A stretch of DNA of 64,000 bases from a virus: positions 29,679 to 93,678 of the IMG/VR virus record IMGVR_UViG_3300020438_000014; one strand, given 5' to 3'. Below the pieces are notes generated by a model that was not told the DNA's origin, did not search any database, and worked only from the letters and a program-made list of their open reading frames with translations. The position numbers and the translations under genes were made by a program. Shown here in pieces: positions 15,691 to 25,732 of the stretch (positions within the stretch are counted from its first letter, which is position 1; each line of letters opens with the position of its first letter).

Positions 15691-16446
15691 TTATCCTGAA
15701 AAACATGATTTACTCCAATCAAAGCATCCAAAATATATTTTTTGAAACTTATTACCTGATGTATAACCTTTAGTTACTGGATACGAATTTTCTGTATCTA
15801 GATGAATTTTAAAAACCTGTTCTTGCCCTCTAGGAAAATGTTGAGATAAGGATTTCAAAAATTGTGACTCACAATATTTTTTAGATTCATTTAGGTCCAA
15901 GTTGCTTCTATTAATTCTTGGAAATATCGAGCAATGGGCTATATTTTTTCTGAAAGACAGCTCTATTCCTTCATTATGATTTGGCATATTAAGCCTTAAT
16001 GATTTGTTCAAGATGTTTATAAGGAATTTATTGTATATATAATAATATCTTTTTGAATATAAATTGTTATTAAGTTGGTGAATTACTGTTGAGGAGTAAT
16101 TTTTGTCTCCAAAATAAAAAGACTTTGTGATTTCTTCTGTGTTTAAGTTATACTTTATGCCGAAATTGAGTCCTAGAATTGAATTTTTATTTGGTTTGGG
16201 CTTGGATGAGAGTAATTCTGATACATGTCCATATAGTTTTCCGTCGCAAAACCATTTAAAGAAATCAGAATCTAATATTCTTTTTTGGCTATATATTTTG
16301 TAGTAAAGTTTTACTGCGGTAATTGAGTCATTAAAGTCAAAAGCATAACCGTCTAGAGTTTTAAAACTAGATTTTAATGAACTTGAAAAATCTGTAAATT
16401 TTAGTAGATTTTCATCCTTTGCAGATATGTATCTTTTAAGATTCAT
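15691..16446 (-). CDS. hypothetical protein (very AT-rich)
   Basis: ORF track; recurring K-x-Y-[YF] strands. Confidence 0.7.
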   Translation of the reverse strand: MNLKRYISAKDENLLKFTDFSSSLKSSFKTLDGYAFDFNDSITAVKLYYKIYSQKRILDSDFFKWFCDGKLYGHVSELLSSKPKPNKNSILGLNFGIKYNLNTEEITKSFYFGDKNYSSTVIHQLNNNLYSKRYYYIYNKFLINILNKSLRLNMPNHNEGIELSFRKNIAHCSIFPRINRSNLDLNESKKYCESQFLKSLSQHFPRGQEQVFKIHLDTENSYPVTKGYTSGNKFQKIYFGCFDWSKSCFSG

Positions 16447-17059
16447 TTTTTATGTTTTCGAATGAAGGAACAACTTTGCTGAATTTATTTTTAGTTTTAT
16501 TGTATAGCTTTAACCAGCCAAAAGATCTTCCTAGTAGGGGAAGAAATAAACAATTCTTTGATTCTATGCCATTATCTAGAGACAAGCTTGCAATGATGCA
16601 TCCTATGTTCATGGGTACAGGCATGGACTCCTCTAATAAAACTGAAAATTTCATATGGTCTCCGAATAGATGTTTAAATTTACATTTTAAATGTAAAACT
16701 CTAGGGTCTTCTCCTTTTATTGATGGGTGTCCGAATCCTGGAATTTTCTTTCCATTATTTTCTGAAAGTAATTCGTTAATATCTTTTGTGTGATTATTAG
16801 ATATAAACTCTGCAATCTGTCTTATGGGTAAATGCTCATCAGTTATGCAATTTAATCCTGACGCAATTGCGTTTGGTAGATCTGCTCCACAATTGGCGGC
16901 AAGAGCCACAACCGCTGAACTTGGGGGTTCGTTATCTATTGGGAATTCAATAAAAACAGAAGATAGCTCACTAAATAGTTCGAGTTGGTCATTGGATGGT
17001 ATACTATCCCCTGTTAAATAATTTACAATTTCATTGAATATCATCTGCTTTTGCCTCAA
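16436..17059 (-). CDS. citrate synthase/citryl-CoA lyase-like protein (truncated fold)
   Basis: AIASGL....H, KKIPGFGHP..KGEDPR, PMNIG, GRSFGW motifs. Confidence 0.75.
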   Translation of the reverse strand: MRQKQMIFNEIVNYLTGDSIPSNDQLELFSELSSVFIEFPIDNEPPSSAVVALAANCGADLPNAIASGLNCITDEHLPIRQIAEFISNNHTKDINELLSENNGKKIPGFGHPSIKGEDPRVLHLKCKFKHLFGDHMKFSVLLEESMPVPMNIGCIIASLSLDNGIESKNCLFLPLLGRSFGWLKLYNKTKNKFSKVVPSFENIKNES

Positions 17060-17534
17060 ATCTAAGGTATTTTATATCAGCATCCTTACTAAGCTGTTTT
17101 GCGATTTTTTGAGCGTTACATAGTGACGCTTTGTTCTCGCATTTGATCTCAAATATAAACTTCTTGATGCCCATTTTATAAAGTTGCCTGCCTAGCTCGA
17201 GCCTTAGTTCTGAGCCAATACCTTGGTTTCTAAAATCTGGGTGGCATATTGTCATCAGCCCGATGGCACAAGCCTCTTTGAAGTCATAGAATCGGTTTAA
17301 CTTAGTCGAACAAAATGTGACTCCTAGCAAATCATCGTTCTCGAATATACCAATCGCAGGATCTCCGTCAGAAATGATCGGGAATATTTCTGTTGCGAAA
17401 ATAGCCTCTGCGTTTTTTTCTGTTGGTAAAAGTTCGGACAAGAAGAATTGATCTTTATTTTTTAGACTTATAAGAATTAAGTCATTGATTTTTTCTTCAT
17501 CATCGAAAGTTAGGCTTCTTGTGTTTCTGTTCAT
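17031..17534 (-). CDS. GNAT family acetyltransferase
   Basis: HPDFRNQGIGSEL acetyl-CoA-binding motif A; N.AS motif. Confidence 0.85.
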   Translation of the reverse strand: MNRNTRSLTFDDEEKINDLILISLKNKDQFFLSELLPTEKNAEAIFATEIFPIISDGDPAIGIFENDDLLGVTFCSTKLNRFYDFKEACAIGLMTICHPDFRNQGIGSELRLELGRQLYKMGIKKFIFEIKCENKASLCNAQKIAKQLSKDADIKYLRFEAKADDIQ

Positions 17535-18520
17535 ACTTGATGATATAAAACTTCTTTAAATATGTCAAGATTATTTCTGTGATCTCCTCCTGCATAGGAG
17601 ATTGAGCTTTGAAGGTCTTGTTTTATTTCGCATAGCTTTTGTTCGTACGTCATTCCATTCGAGCATACATTGGTTAGCTTGCCTTCTATATTATTATTAT
17701 GACCTTTATTTTCTGCGCTTGCAGAGCCAAAATAGGCTTTATGAGGAATACCATTAATTGTACTATTGACCGCAGGGCTATCCGTACACGAAGCAAATAT
17801 ACCTCCAGCCATGCTCATAGTTGCTCCTGCAACCAATGATTTTGCAATATCTCCGTTGCACTTTATTCCTCCATCTGCTATAATCGGTATTTTATCGCTA
17901 AGCTCTTCTTCAAAACCACCGAGGTATACATTTGAGCAAGACTTGGCGCAACTGAACATAGGCATGGTGAACCCAGTTTTATCTTTTGTTGTGCATGGAG
18001 AGCCTTGCCCTATTCCAACTTTAACTATGTTTGCGCCCCAGCTAGCCAAATCTTTGACTGCTGTGGGTGTGGCTACATTTCCTGCGATAATTTTTGTATT
18101 GGGTAAAAATTTCTTTACTGCATCAATCATAATTTTCATTCTGTCGCAATGGCCGTGAGCAATATCAATTGTAATGTAATCAACTCTTTGACCTGACTTT
18201 GAAATAGCGACTAAATCTTTTTTATCACGCATTTGAACTCCTGCGCTGACTGATACTAAATCCCAGTTTTCTTTGTTCATTTCTTCAACAACTTCTTTTA
18301 ATGATTGATTGAATCTATGCATGATGTAAAAGTAATTGTTTTCGCTCATCCATTTTGCTAGGCGCATGTCGATGACGGATTTCATGTTCGCAGGAATAAT
18401 CGGTAGGTTAAATTTCTTGCCGCAAAGTTCTACGTCGGTGACACAGTCAGACCTGCTATAGCATTCTGTATAATTAGGTATTAAGCAAATATCTTGGTAT
18501 CTTAATGCTTTATCTGCCAT
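17531..18520 (-). CDS. guaC: GMP reductase
   Basis: PIIPANM, ITIDIAHGH, IAGNVAT, KVGIGQGSPCTT..KTGF, IIADGGI, YFGSAS. Confidence 0.93.
   Translation of the reverse strand: MADKALRYQDICLIPNYTECYSRSDCVTDVELCGKKFNLPIIPANMKSVIDMRLAKWMSENNYFYIMHRFNQSLKEVVEEMNKENWDLVSVSAGVQMRDKKDLVAISKSGQRVDYITIDIAHGHCDRMKIMIDAVKKFLPNTKIIAGNVATPTAVKDLASWGANIVKVGIGQGSPCTTKDKTGFTMPMFSCAKSCSNVYLGGFEEELSDKIPIIADGGIKCNGDIAKSLVAGATMSMAGGIFASCTDSPAVNSTINGIPHKAYFGSASAENKGHNNNIEGKLTNVCSNGMTYEQKLCEIKQDLQSSISYAGGDHRNNLDIFKEVLYHQV
17540..17568 (-). promoter_or_regulatory. sigma70-type promoter (leaderless) inside the guaC 3' end
   Basis: TTGACA(17568-17563)-17-TATCAT(17545-17540); ATG 6 nt downstream. Confidence 0.65.
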
Positions 18521-18638
18521 AGAAATCATCCTCTTCTTTATCCCTTTTCCACCAAAAATAAATTCCTATTCCTCCGAAAACAAGAAAGTCTCCAGGGAAG
18601 AATTCAAAATAACTTGTTGTTGCTATAATTTCTATCAT
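18510..18638 (-). CDS. small single-TM protein (42 aa)
   Basis: MIEIIATTSYFEFFPGDFLVFGGIGIYFWWKRDKEEDDFYGR; fills the gap with overlaps at both ends. Confidence 0.55.
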   Translation of the reverse strand: MIEIIATTSYFEFFPGDFLVFGGIGIYFWWKRDKEEDDFYGR

Positions 18639-19189
18639 CTAAATTCTTTTCTTAATAGTCTCCATCTGTCTGAGTCTATTGGTTTATTGCCTTCGTCAAT
18701 TGCATATAGCATTTCTACTATTTCTTCAACGCTGTTGTAAATATATTTATGTGGAAACATGCCTAGCATCCATAGAGGAGTCTTTGCCTTGCCACCTTCC
18801 ATGCTAACAAACACGGGTTTTTTTTCTCTTACCGCAGTTACAATTTCTTCTGCGCTTCCCCAGCTTGCAACATCAGGTACAAGATGAGCAATTATAAAGT
18901 CGCTACGATCTACAAGATTTAAGTCATAAGCTCGAACCATTTTCATTCGCTCGGATACTCTGTCATACTGCTTAGTTTTCATCCATGTTTCCATTTCTTG
19001 TCTAGAAGCTTCGTCTTCTTCAACATCCTTCATGAAGGGTTTTTTGTAGGGATCAAAGCAGGTGATGCTAAGTGGCTTGAGTTTTTGAGTAACTTCATCC
19101 CTCCAATCTCTGCCGCTTACATATTGCATATGACCAACCAAATAGCATTTGGTTTTGTACAATAAATTTTCTCCTTCTATTTTTACCAT
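18635..19189 (-). CDS. nucleoside 2-deoxyribosyltransferase-like / nucleotide hydrolase
   Basis: YLVG.M....WR, FDP, DL..VDRSD.IIA, GS.EE, KPV motifs; start ATG 19189. Confidence 0.8.
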   Translation of the reverse strand: MVKIEGENLLYKTKCYLVGHMQYVSGRDWRDEVTQKLKPLSITCFDPYKKPFMKDVEEDEASRQEMETWMKTKQYDRVSERMKMVRAYDLNLVDRSDFIIAHLVPDVASWGSAEEIVTAVREKKPVFVSMEGGKAKTPLWMLGMFPHKYIYNSVEEIVEMLYAIDEGNKPIDSDRWRLLRKEFR

Positions 19190-19195
19190 GCCACT

Positions 19196-19224
19196 ATTAT
19201 AGCAGCATTTAATCAAGGAGTCAA
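19196..19224 (-). promoter_or_regulatory. sigma70-type promoter (leaderless)
   Basis: TTGACT-17-TATAAT with TGn; ATG 7 nt downstream. Confidence 0.8.
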
Positions 19225-22200
19225 GACAATTTTTTCTTTAATTCTTCGACCTCTTCAGATAGGTCTTTTATTGCCTCGATTAAAACAGGAACTAATTTTG
19301 CATAATCTACTGTTTTATATTTTTCTGTATTTTCACAAAACTCTCCAACACATGGGACTTTTTCGCTTACAACTTCGGGTATAACTTGTTCAACTTCTTG
19401 AGCTATAACCCCGATATCCTTTGTTCCTTTGCGGGAAGTGGCATTCCAATCAAACTCTACTCCACGAAGTTTTTTGACTTTTTCTAGGCCGCTTTTTATT
19501 TGTCCTATATTGTCTTTAAATTTTTCGTCAGATACTGTTGTCGAGAAGGCCACAACATCTCCCTCTACATGAAAATCTCCGTCTTCTTCAAGCTTAGATA
19601 TAAGGTTTCCTCCTAGATAGGTTTCTGCTTTTTTAGAGAAGATTCCGTGAATTATAAAATAGCTCTGATCGTTTTGTCCAATAGCGTAAACACCTGTTGA
19701 TGGATCTGTTCCTCCTCTTAGGTCTCTATTTACAGAAAATTCAGTGCCTGTTAAGGTTAAATGGTTGCCATTGCTATAAGTAGTGTTTGTGTCGGTGTTG
19801 ATTACCGTTTCTGTTGCGGTTCCTATTGCTGTAACGTGACCATAAGTATCAAGAGTTATGTCTTGAATGTAGGTTCTACCGCTGTTATTTGACGAACCTT
19901 GTGATGAAGTGTCTTGGTGGTTTATTGTTATCGTCTCTGCAGAGGATTGATTTAAATTTAAAGTTCCTCCTCCTGTTAAAGCGTTGCCTGCTGTAATTGT
20001 AATTGCAGCATTCGAAGCAACCACTGTTTCTGATGCGGTTCCTATTGATGTAACGTGACCATAACCATCAAGGCTTATGTCTTGAATGTAGGTTCTACCG
20101 CTGTTATTTGACGAACCTTGTGATGAAGTGTCTTGGTGGTTTATTGTTATCGTCTCTGCAGAGGATTGATTTAAATTTAAAGTTCCTCCTCCTGTTAAAG
20201 CGTTGCCTGCTGTAATTGTAATTGCAGCATTCGAAGCAACCACTGTTTCTGATGCGGTTCCTATTGATGTAACGTGACCATAACCATCAAGGCTTATGTC
20301 TTGAATGTAAGTTCTGCCGCTATTATTCGACGAGCCTTGCGATGACGTATCTTGGTGATTTATGGTGATCGTTTCAGCAGAGGATTGATTTAAATTTAAA
20401 GTTCCTCCACCTGTGAGGGCTCCTCCTGCTGTAATTGTAATTGCGGAATTTTTGATGTCACTCGTCATCGCAACCGTGCCGCTTTGATTTGGCAAGGTAT
20501 ATGCGCGATCTGCAGTTAATGTTCCTGCTTTTAAAGTTCCTTCATGATCGTCTGTGGCGCTACCTTCGAATACTACTCCGTTTGAGGTACTAACTGTTTC
20601 TACATTATTTGTGGTTGTCTTTCCTGTAACCACAAGATCGCCAGGAATTTCGACTGTGCCATTTTCTTTGATTCGCATATTCACAGTGGTTCCTGTGCCA
20701 AGGCGTATATCTCCAATCATGTTCCAGATACTAAATTCTTTATTAGTTGAGCTGCCAAATCCAACATAACCTCTTTGTGCATCGTTTTGATCTCTATAGT
20801 CAATAAATCCATTTTGAGAATTTACATCCCCACCATCTGTGTCCTTAAGGACTAATACTGGTCCCGAGCTTTCAATTGTTGCTTTTCCAACAACGTGAAG
20901 TGCTGATTCTGGGGTTGCGGTACCAATACCTACATTGCCGTTATTAAGGATTGTCATTTTACCAACACCGCCGATTCCAAAAGCCAAATTATTTCCAGTG
21001 CTAGAGCTTATTCCAAAATCATTCGCGCCTAAACCGTTAACCGCATAAGCTCCTCCTCCAATATATCCTTTTGATTGCGACTCTCCGATATCTCCAAACC
21101 AAAGACCTTTACTTCCTCCATCGTCGTCTACCTCAACAGTTGCTTGTATTTCAATTTTGCCGTTCGCGCAAACACAAAGTTTTGCATTAGAGCTCTCAAG
21201 CAATGTCGTGCCATAAACATGAAGTTTTTGTGATGGAGTCGTAGTACCAATGCCGACACTGCTCCCGTGGAATGTCATGTATTGAGCAAATGAACTTTTG
21301 TTTTGCCCTATATGTAAATAATCACCCTCCGACTGAAACCTCCAAGGTTCTCTTCCGCCACTCACGGGAGTGCCGCCCATGTATAGATTTACATCTGTAG
21401 CAGTAGATGATAACTCTAATGTACCTGCAGGAGTTGTAGTACCAATACCTACATTGCCGTCAGATTTGATAAAAAAATCGGGGACGTTGTTTTGACCTGT
21501 GTAGTCGGCATAAAAACTCAAACCTTGTCCGGCAGGCCAAGAGGAACTTGGATTGGCATATAATATTCTTCCAATTGCGTCTCTTGTTGTGTTTGAGAAA
21601 TCTATGTATGCGTTTTCACTATCAGCGGAAACTATGGAAACATGGTGAGATGGGGAATTTTCGGATTTACCTAAATACACACCAGCAGCGGGTGCGATAT
21701 TCGGTACGGAATCTCCTGCAAAATAACCATCACCAGCAACATGCAACTGATGATCAGGAGTCGTAGTACCAATACCTACATTGCCGTTGTCCGTGATGCG
21801 TAACTTTTCCTCAGCAGTACTTGTGCCTTGGGTTCGAAAGCTTATAAATGGATTTGTACCCCCTGCAGTGGAATCTGCTACAAAGATAAGACTACCCATT
21901 CCAGTATCTGCATGTAATAGTGAGGATAGATTTGTATTAGTGTCTGTGAGTTTTATAATCGGTGTAGTGCTCTTGATGTGTAATACCTCCTCTGGACTCG
22001 TAGTACCAATACCTACATTGCCGCTGCTTTCAACGCAAAGTGCAGCGTAATTGTAAGGGCGACTAGCTTCATTGGTGGTAGAAGCAGCATAATTTTTTGT
22101 TAAAATTCTGAATGCATCATTCTCATCATTACCGCGAATACCAAATATCATTTGGCCATTCGGATCAGTTTCAATAATAGTGCCAAATTTAGAAGTATTT

Positions 22201-23687
22201 GTTGCAGGAAGTAAATCGCCAATAACTCCTGCAGTTGCTTCTGTAAAGCTGCGTATATCTAGGTCGGCAAGTTTTGCACGAGTTGCTTTTACGGTTCCGC
22301 TAATATCCAGCTTCTCTGAAGGGCTCGTAGTACCAATACCTACATTGCCTGAGCTATCGATACGCATTCTTTCGGTAGCTGAAGTTGAAAAGTGCAAGTG
22401 ATCATCACTGTTGTCATAATCAATTCTGCCTTGGCCATCTGAATCGGTATCACCAAAAAATATCGCGCTTCTAGAGTCATTTTTTGAAACTATAGAAACG
22501 AATGCATTTGAGCTTGAATCTTCGACACTCAGAAGTCTGGCAGGGCTCGGGGTACCAATACCTACATTGCCGTTGGAGTCGATTGTAAATCTATTGTTTA
22601 CATTATTAGTTTTAAAACTTAATGAATCATCCACATGGCTATAGATTATCCTACCTGCCGCTGCATTGTCTTGGTCACCAAAATTTACCGCACTCATGCC
22701 AAGAGAGTCAGATGCAGTCAATCTTAGTTGTGTATTTGTGCCTCCATTTACATCCAAGTCAACGAACGGATTCGTAGTACCAATGCCTACATTGCCACCA
22801 TCTTCAATAAAAATTCCATTTCCATTACTATCTTGAAGTAATAATCCTGCGTTATCTCTTGCGCGCACTTTATCTGTAAAAAGATGTTTGCCATCGGCAA
22901 TTCCTAGATGCTCACTAGAATTCCATGAATTAGATGCGTTGGTCCATTTAAATTCTTTGTCTGTCGCGCCTTTTAAAGTAATTCCTCCGCCATCTGCGGT
23001 AGTATTTGTGGGAGTATCAACTGATCCGAGTTCTATATTTTTATCATCAACAGTAACCGTGGTTGAATTTACCGTAGTAGTTGTTCCATTAACCGTAAGA
23101 TTTCCACCAATTGTAACATCTTTTGCAGTTGTTACGCTTCCGGATCCATCTACTTTAAATTTAATGTCTGAGCTTCCTCCGCCACCAATATGCACTATTG
23201 CATTTGATGAAGCATTATTTGTTTGCACTCGGATGCCATTTGCACCAGCTCCAGGAGCCGCAACGTCAAGATGATATCCGTCTGGATCTTTACCAATACC
23301 AAGCAAATCATTGATCCTGACATTACCATTTCCATGGTTAATTGCGAATCTATTTTGAACATAAGCATCTGCATCGCTTACTGTGTCAATCTCAAAAACA
23401 GAATTGTTGTTTCTAATTAGGGTATTTAAATCTGTTTGATCAGTTTCTCTTAGCCATATTCTTGGTTGCGAACCTTCAAGTTTCATCGATGGAGTTCCAC
23501 CAGCAATATGTAAGTTATGAGATGGGTCAGTAGTACCAATACCAATGTTTCCTCCGTCTTCAAGAAACATTCCGTTGTCTTCGTCATCTACGATGTGTAA
23601 TCCTTGAGGTGTTCTTGCTATAAGCTTGTCTGAGTAAAAATGTTGACCGCTTACTATGTCGGAAGTAAATATGTTATTCGAGATCAT
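19221..23687 (-). CDS. tail fibre protein with C-terminal intramolecular chaperone (peptidase S74)
   Basis: About 9 GNVGIGTTxP repeats; GDVVAF..SD.KFKDNI...G.EFDW...IGVIAQEVE...VDY.KL..LIEAIK. Confidence 0.9.
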   Translation of the reverse strand: MISNNIFTSDIVSGQHFYSDKLIARTPQGLHIVDDEDNGMFLEDGGNIGIGTTDPSHNLHIAGGTPSMKLEGSQPRIWLRETDQTDLNTLIRNNNSVFEIDTVSDADAYVQNRFAINHGNGNVRINDLLGIGKDPDGYHLDVAAPGAGANGIRVQTNNASSNAIVHIGGGGSSDIKFKVDGSGSVTTAKDVTIGGNLTVNGTTTTVNSTTVTVDDKNIELGSVDTPTNTTADGGGITLKGATDKEFKWTNASNSWNSSEHLGIADGKHLFTDKVRARDNAGLLLQDSNGNGIFIEDGGNVGIGTTNPFVDLDVNGGTNTQLRLTASDSLGMSAVNFGDQDNAAAGRIIYSHVDDSLSFKTNNVNNRFTIDSNGNVGIGTPSPARLLSVEDSSSNAFVSIVSKNDSRSAIFFGDTDSDGQGRIDYDNSDDHLHFSTSATERMRIDSSGNVGIGTTSPSEKLDISGTVKATRAKLADLDIRSFTEATAGVIGDLLPATNTSKFGTIIETDPNGQMIFGIRGNDENDAFRILTKNYAASTTNEASRPYNYAALCVESSGNVGIGTTSPEEVLHIKSTTPIIKLTDTNTNLSSLLHADTGMGSLIFVADSTAGGTNPFISFRTQGTSTAEEKLRITDNGNVGIGTTTPDHQLHVAGDGYFAGDSVPNIAPAAGVYLGKSENSPSHHVSIVSADSENAYIDFSNTTRDAIGRILYANPSSSWPAGQGLSFYADYTGQNNVPDFFIKSDGNVGIGTTTPAGTLELSSTATDVNLYMGGTPVSGGREPWRFQSEGDYLHIGQNKSSFAQYMTFHGSSVGIGTTTPSQKLHVYGTTLLESSNAKLCVCANGKIEIQATVEVDDDGGSKGLWFGDIGESQSKGYIGGGAYAVNGLGANDFGISSSTGNNLAFGIGGVGKMTILNNGNVGIGTATPESALHVVGKATIESSGPVLVLKDTDGGDVNSQNGFIDYRDQNDAQRGYVGFGSSTNKEFSIWNMIGDIRLGTGTTVNMRIKENGTVEIPGDLVVTGKTTTNNVETVSTSNGVVFEGSATDDHEGTLKAGTLTADRAYTLPNQSGTVAMTSDIKNSAITITAGGALTGGGTLNLNQSSAETITINHQDTSSQGSSNNSGRTYIQDISLDGYGHVTSIGTASETVVASNAAITITAGNALTGGGTLNLNQSSAETITINHQDTSSQGSSNNSGRTYIQDISLDGYGHVTSIGTASETVVASNAAITITAGNALTGGGTLNLNQSSAETITINHQDTSSQGSSNNSGRTYIQDITLDTYGHVTAIGTATETVINTDTNTTYSNGNHLTLTGTEFSVNRDLRGGTDPSTGVYAIGQNDQSYFIIHGIFSKKAETYLGGNLISKLEEDGDFHVEGDVVAFSTTVSDEKFKDNIGQIKSGLEKVKKLRGVEFDWNATSRKGTKDIGVIAQEVEQVIPEVVSEKVPCVGEFCENTEKYKTVDYAKLVPVLIEAIKDLSEEVEELKKKLS
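19800..20450 (-). repeat. three tandem 219-bp (73-aa) intragenic repeats
   Basis: AITITAG.ALTGGGTLNLNQSSAETITINHQDTSSQGSSNNSGRTYIQDI.LD.YGHVT.IGTA x3; about 19856-20309 is an exact 219-bp tandem duplication. Confidence 0.95.
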
Positions 23688-23712
23688 CTTTCTGTATTAC
23701 ACTAGTTTTTGT

Positions 23713-25731
23713 TTATCTGACTGCGTGAGTATGAATTTTATAATTTGCAGGGGTATTTGCTCCGAATTTAACGAAGTAGCTTTGTTCTGTTACTCCTGAA
23801 ACCAAGTATGGTATTAAATATTTGTTTGTTTCTACTGTCGCAGACACAACGGGCGGAACGGAAAAAGGCTCTGGAAACATTATTTCGTGAAGATCTTGCC
23901 CCACAACAAGGTCTGTCGCGAATGATTGAGTTACGGTTCTATATTGAGAGCTTTTTGCTGGCCGAGCTGTAGTATGAACTATATATGTATCATGTGCAAG
24001 AAAAGTTGTAAATAAAAGATTAAATTCTGACTGAGTGACTCCTGATATCATATGAGGAACAATTGGGGCTCCATGATCGTTTTGTAACCCAATAGATAAA
24101 ACTGGTGTCGATCCAAATGTTTTTGGAAAATCAATCTGATAACGATCTTGCCCTCCCATAATTTCAGTAGCAAAAGTAACCGTTTCATCTGACGTGCCCA
24201 TAACTTGCAGCCACTCTCCTGTGCAACCAGTTACGAAAAGTCTCTCAAGGTATGAATCTCCTGTTACAGAAAGCTGACCTAGCGCTTCTGTGCTATTTAT
24301 TGCAAATTTTCCGTCATTTAAAATTCTCGCTCTTTCTTGACCTGAAGTTGTAAAAGAAATAAAATCTCCATCTCCGGACTCCCTTATTTTTATTTGAGTT
24401 TCATCTCCAGCAGATATCGTTATTTGGTTGTCTGTGAAGCGCAAGTATGTATCTTCGTCTTCGTTATGATATAAGTATTCGTTGAGCCCTATATCACCTG
24501 TAACCATAAGGTCTCCATAAATATCTACATCCCCAGTAACATTTAAGGTGCCACTTAAATAGGCATCTCCAAATCTTGTGTTATCTCCAGTTTGGGTAAA
24601 ATCTCCAGTCTGTCGAATATCTCCTCTAAAAAAAGAATCTCCAACTACCCTGTTGTTGCCTGTGATAAATGTATTTCCAGAAATAGTTACATCTCCGACA
24701 AATAAAGAGTCTCCCGAGATGTGTAAAGTGTGCGTCGGATTCTGAGTGAATGGCCTGCGGAGATCTTTAACTCCTCTAAAATTAAAGTGTTTAATTTTCC
24801 ATTGATCTGCATTTATTATTTTTGTTGGAACATATCTGTAGTGAGAGAATCCTGTTGTAAGATAATCTTGAAGAAAAAATTGGTTTCCGCTTGTAGAGGA
24901 GGGATAACTGGCGGCGTCAAGTCCAGATTCTACATGAAGCGTAGTCCAGCTTTCTCCGTTATTTGAACCAAGAACCTTAAAGTCCTCCGCTGCAAAATCT
25001 AAATTGTCTGAGGGGAAGATGTTTATGCCTTTATAGAAAAAAGGTTCTTCAAACTCTATGCCAACCCAAGCCCCTCCCATTTCATAGTGAAGTTCGTCAG
25101 GAAATAGGTCATGGTCGTCAAGAAATGTATCTAAATTATTTTGATGCGCATCTGGTATCATCGCCGCATAATATCCTGAGGGCTGATATACGTTTTTAGA
25201 CTCTGATTCTGTTGACAGGTTTATTTGCTCGCCGCTAAAATCGCTTCCAAAAAGATAAGTCGGCTCTTGAACTCCTCCTCCAAAAGTTATTGATTTCCAG
25301 TCTCCGCTTTTAGAAGGTCGATTAAAAAAAGACTCGTCAAGCATTTCTCTTCTGGTAAAGTGAAGTCCTACTCCGACCTTTTGGAAAAGACCGCTTTCTC
25401 CTACGAATACATTTCCGCTTATATCTCCAGTTTCTGTAATGTCAATAATTTCATTGATGTTTGTTCTGCTTAAAAATGTGGTTACATCTGCGAAGGTTTT
25501 TTCTCCGCTAATAAGCTGATCTCCAGTAAGACAGACAACATTGTCTAATAACGAATTCTTAAAGTCTCCATAGCTTATTTTTTCATTATGAGAGCCAGAT
25601 CTAGAAATTAAAAGTAAAGCTTGATCGTCATTGTTTCCGCTTGGTTGGGGAATGTAGCTTGCGGGAACATTTATGTCTGCAAAAAGACGAGAAACCTCTT
25701 GCATGTTTGACGTTCTGTTATCTTTGTTCAT
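23713..25731 (-). CDS. virion structural/fibre-like protein with discoidin (F5/8-C)-like insert
   Basis: TGD/SG beta-repeats, WVGIEF...FKVLGSNNGESW...YRY module, two C-terminal FP..F...PV.S repeats; paralog of the next gene. Confidence 0.65.
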   Translation of the reverse strand: MNKDNRTSNMQEVSRLFADINVPASYIPQPSGNNDDQALLLISRSGSHNEKISYGDFKNSLLDNVVCLTGDQLISGEKTFADVTTFLSRTNINEIIDITETGDISGNVFVGESGLFQKVGVGLHFTRREMLDESFFNRPSKSGDWKSITFGGGVQEPTYLFGSDFSGEQINLSTESESKNVYQPSGYYAAMIPDAHQNNLDTFLDDHDLFPDELHYEMGGAWVGIEFEEPFFYKGINIFPSDNLDFAAEDFKVLGSNNGESWTTLHVESGLDAASYPSSTSGNQFFLQDYLTTGFSHYRYVPTKIINADQWKIKHFNFRGVKDLRRPFTQNPTHTLHISGDSLFVGDVTISGNTFITGNNRVVGDSFFRGDIRQTGDFTQTGDNTRFGDAYLSGTLNVTGDVDIYGDLMVTGDIGLNEYLYHNEDEDTYLRFTDNQITISAGDETQIKIRESGDGDFISFTTSGQERARILNDGKFAINSTEALGQLSVTGDSYLERLFVTGCTGEWLQVMGTSDETVTFATEIMGGQDRYQIDFPKTFGSTPVLSIGLQNDHGAPIVPHMISGVTQSEFNLLFTTFLAHDTYIVHTTARPAKSSQYRTVTQSFATDLVVGQDLHEIMFPEPFSVPPVVSATVETNKYLIPYLVSGVTEQSYFVKFGANTPANYKIHTHAVR

Positions 25732-25732
25732 T

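Noticed and set aside
19800-20450. Diversity-generating retroelement TR/VR pair
   Set aside because: Repeats are tandem, in-frame and either identical or synonymously diverged, not adenine-specific; no reverse transcriptase in the window
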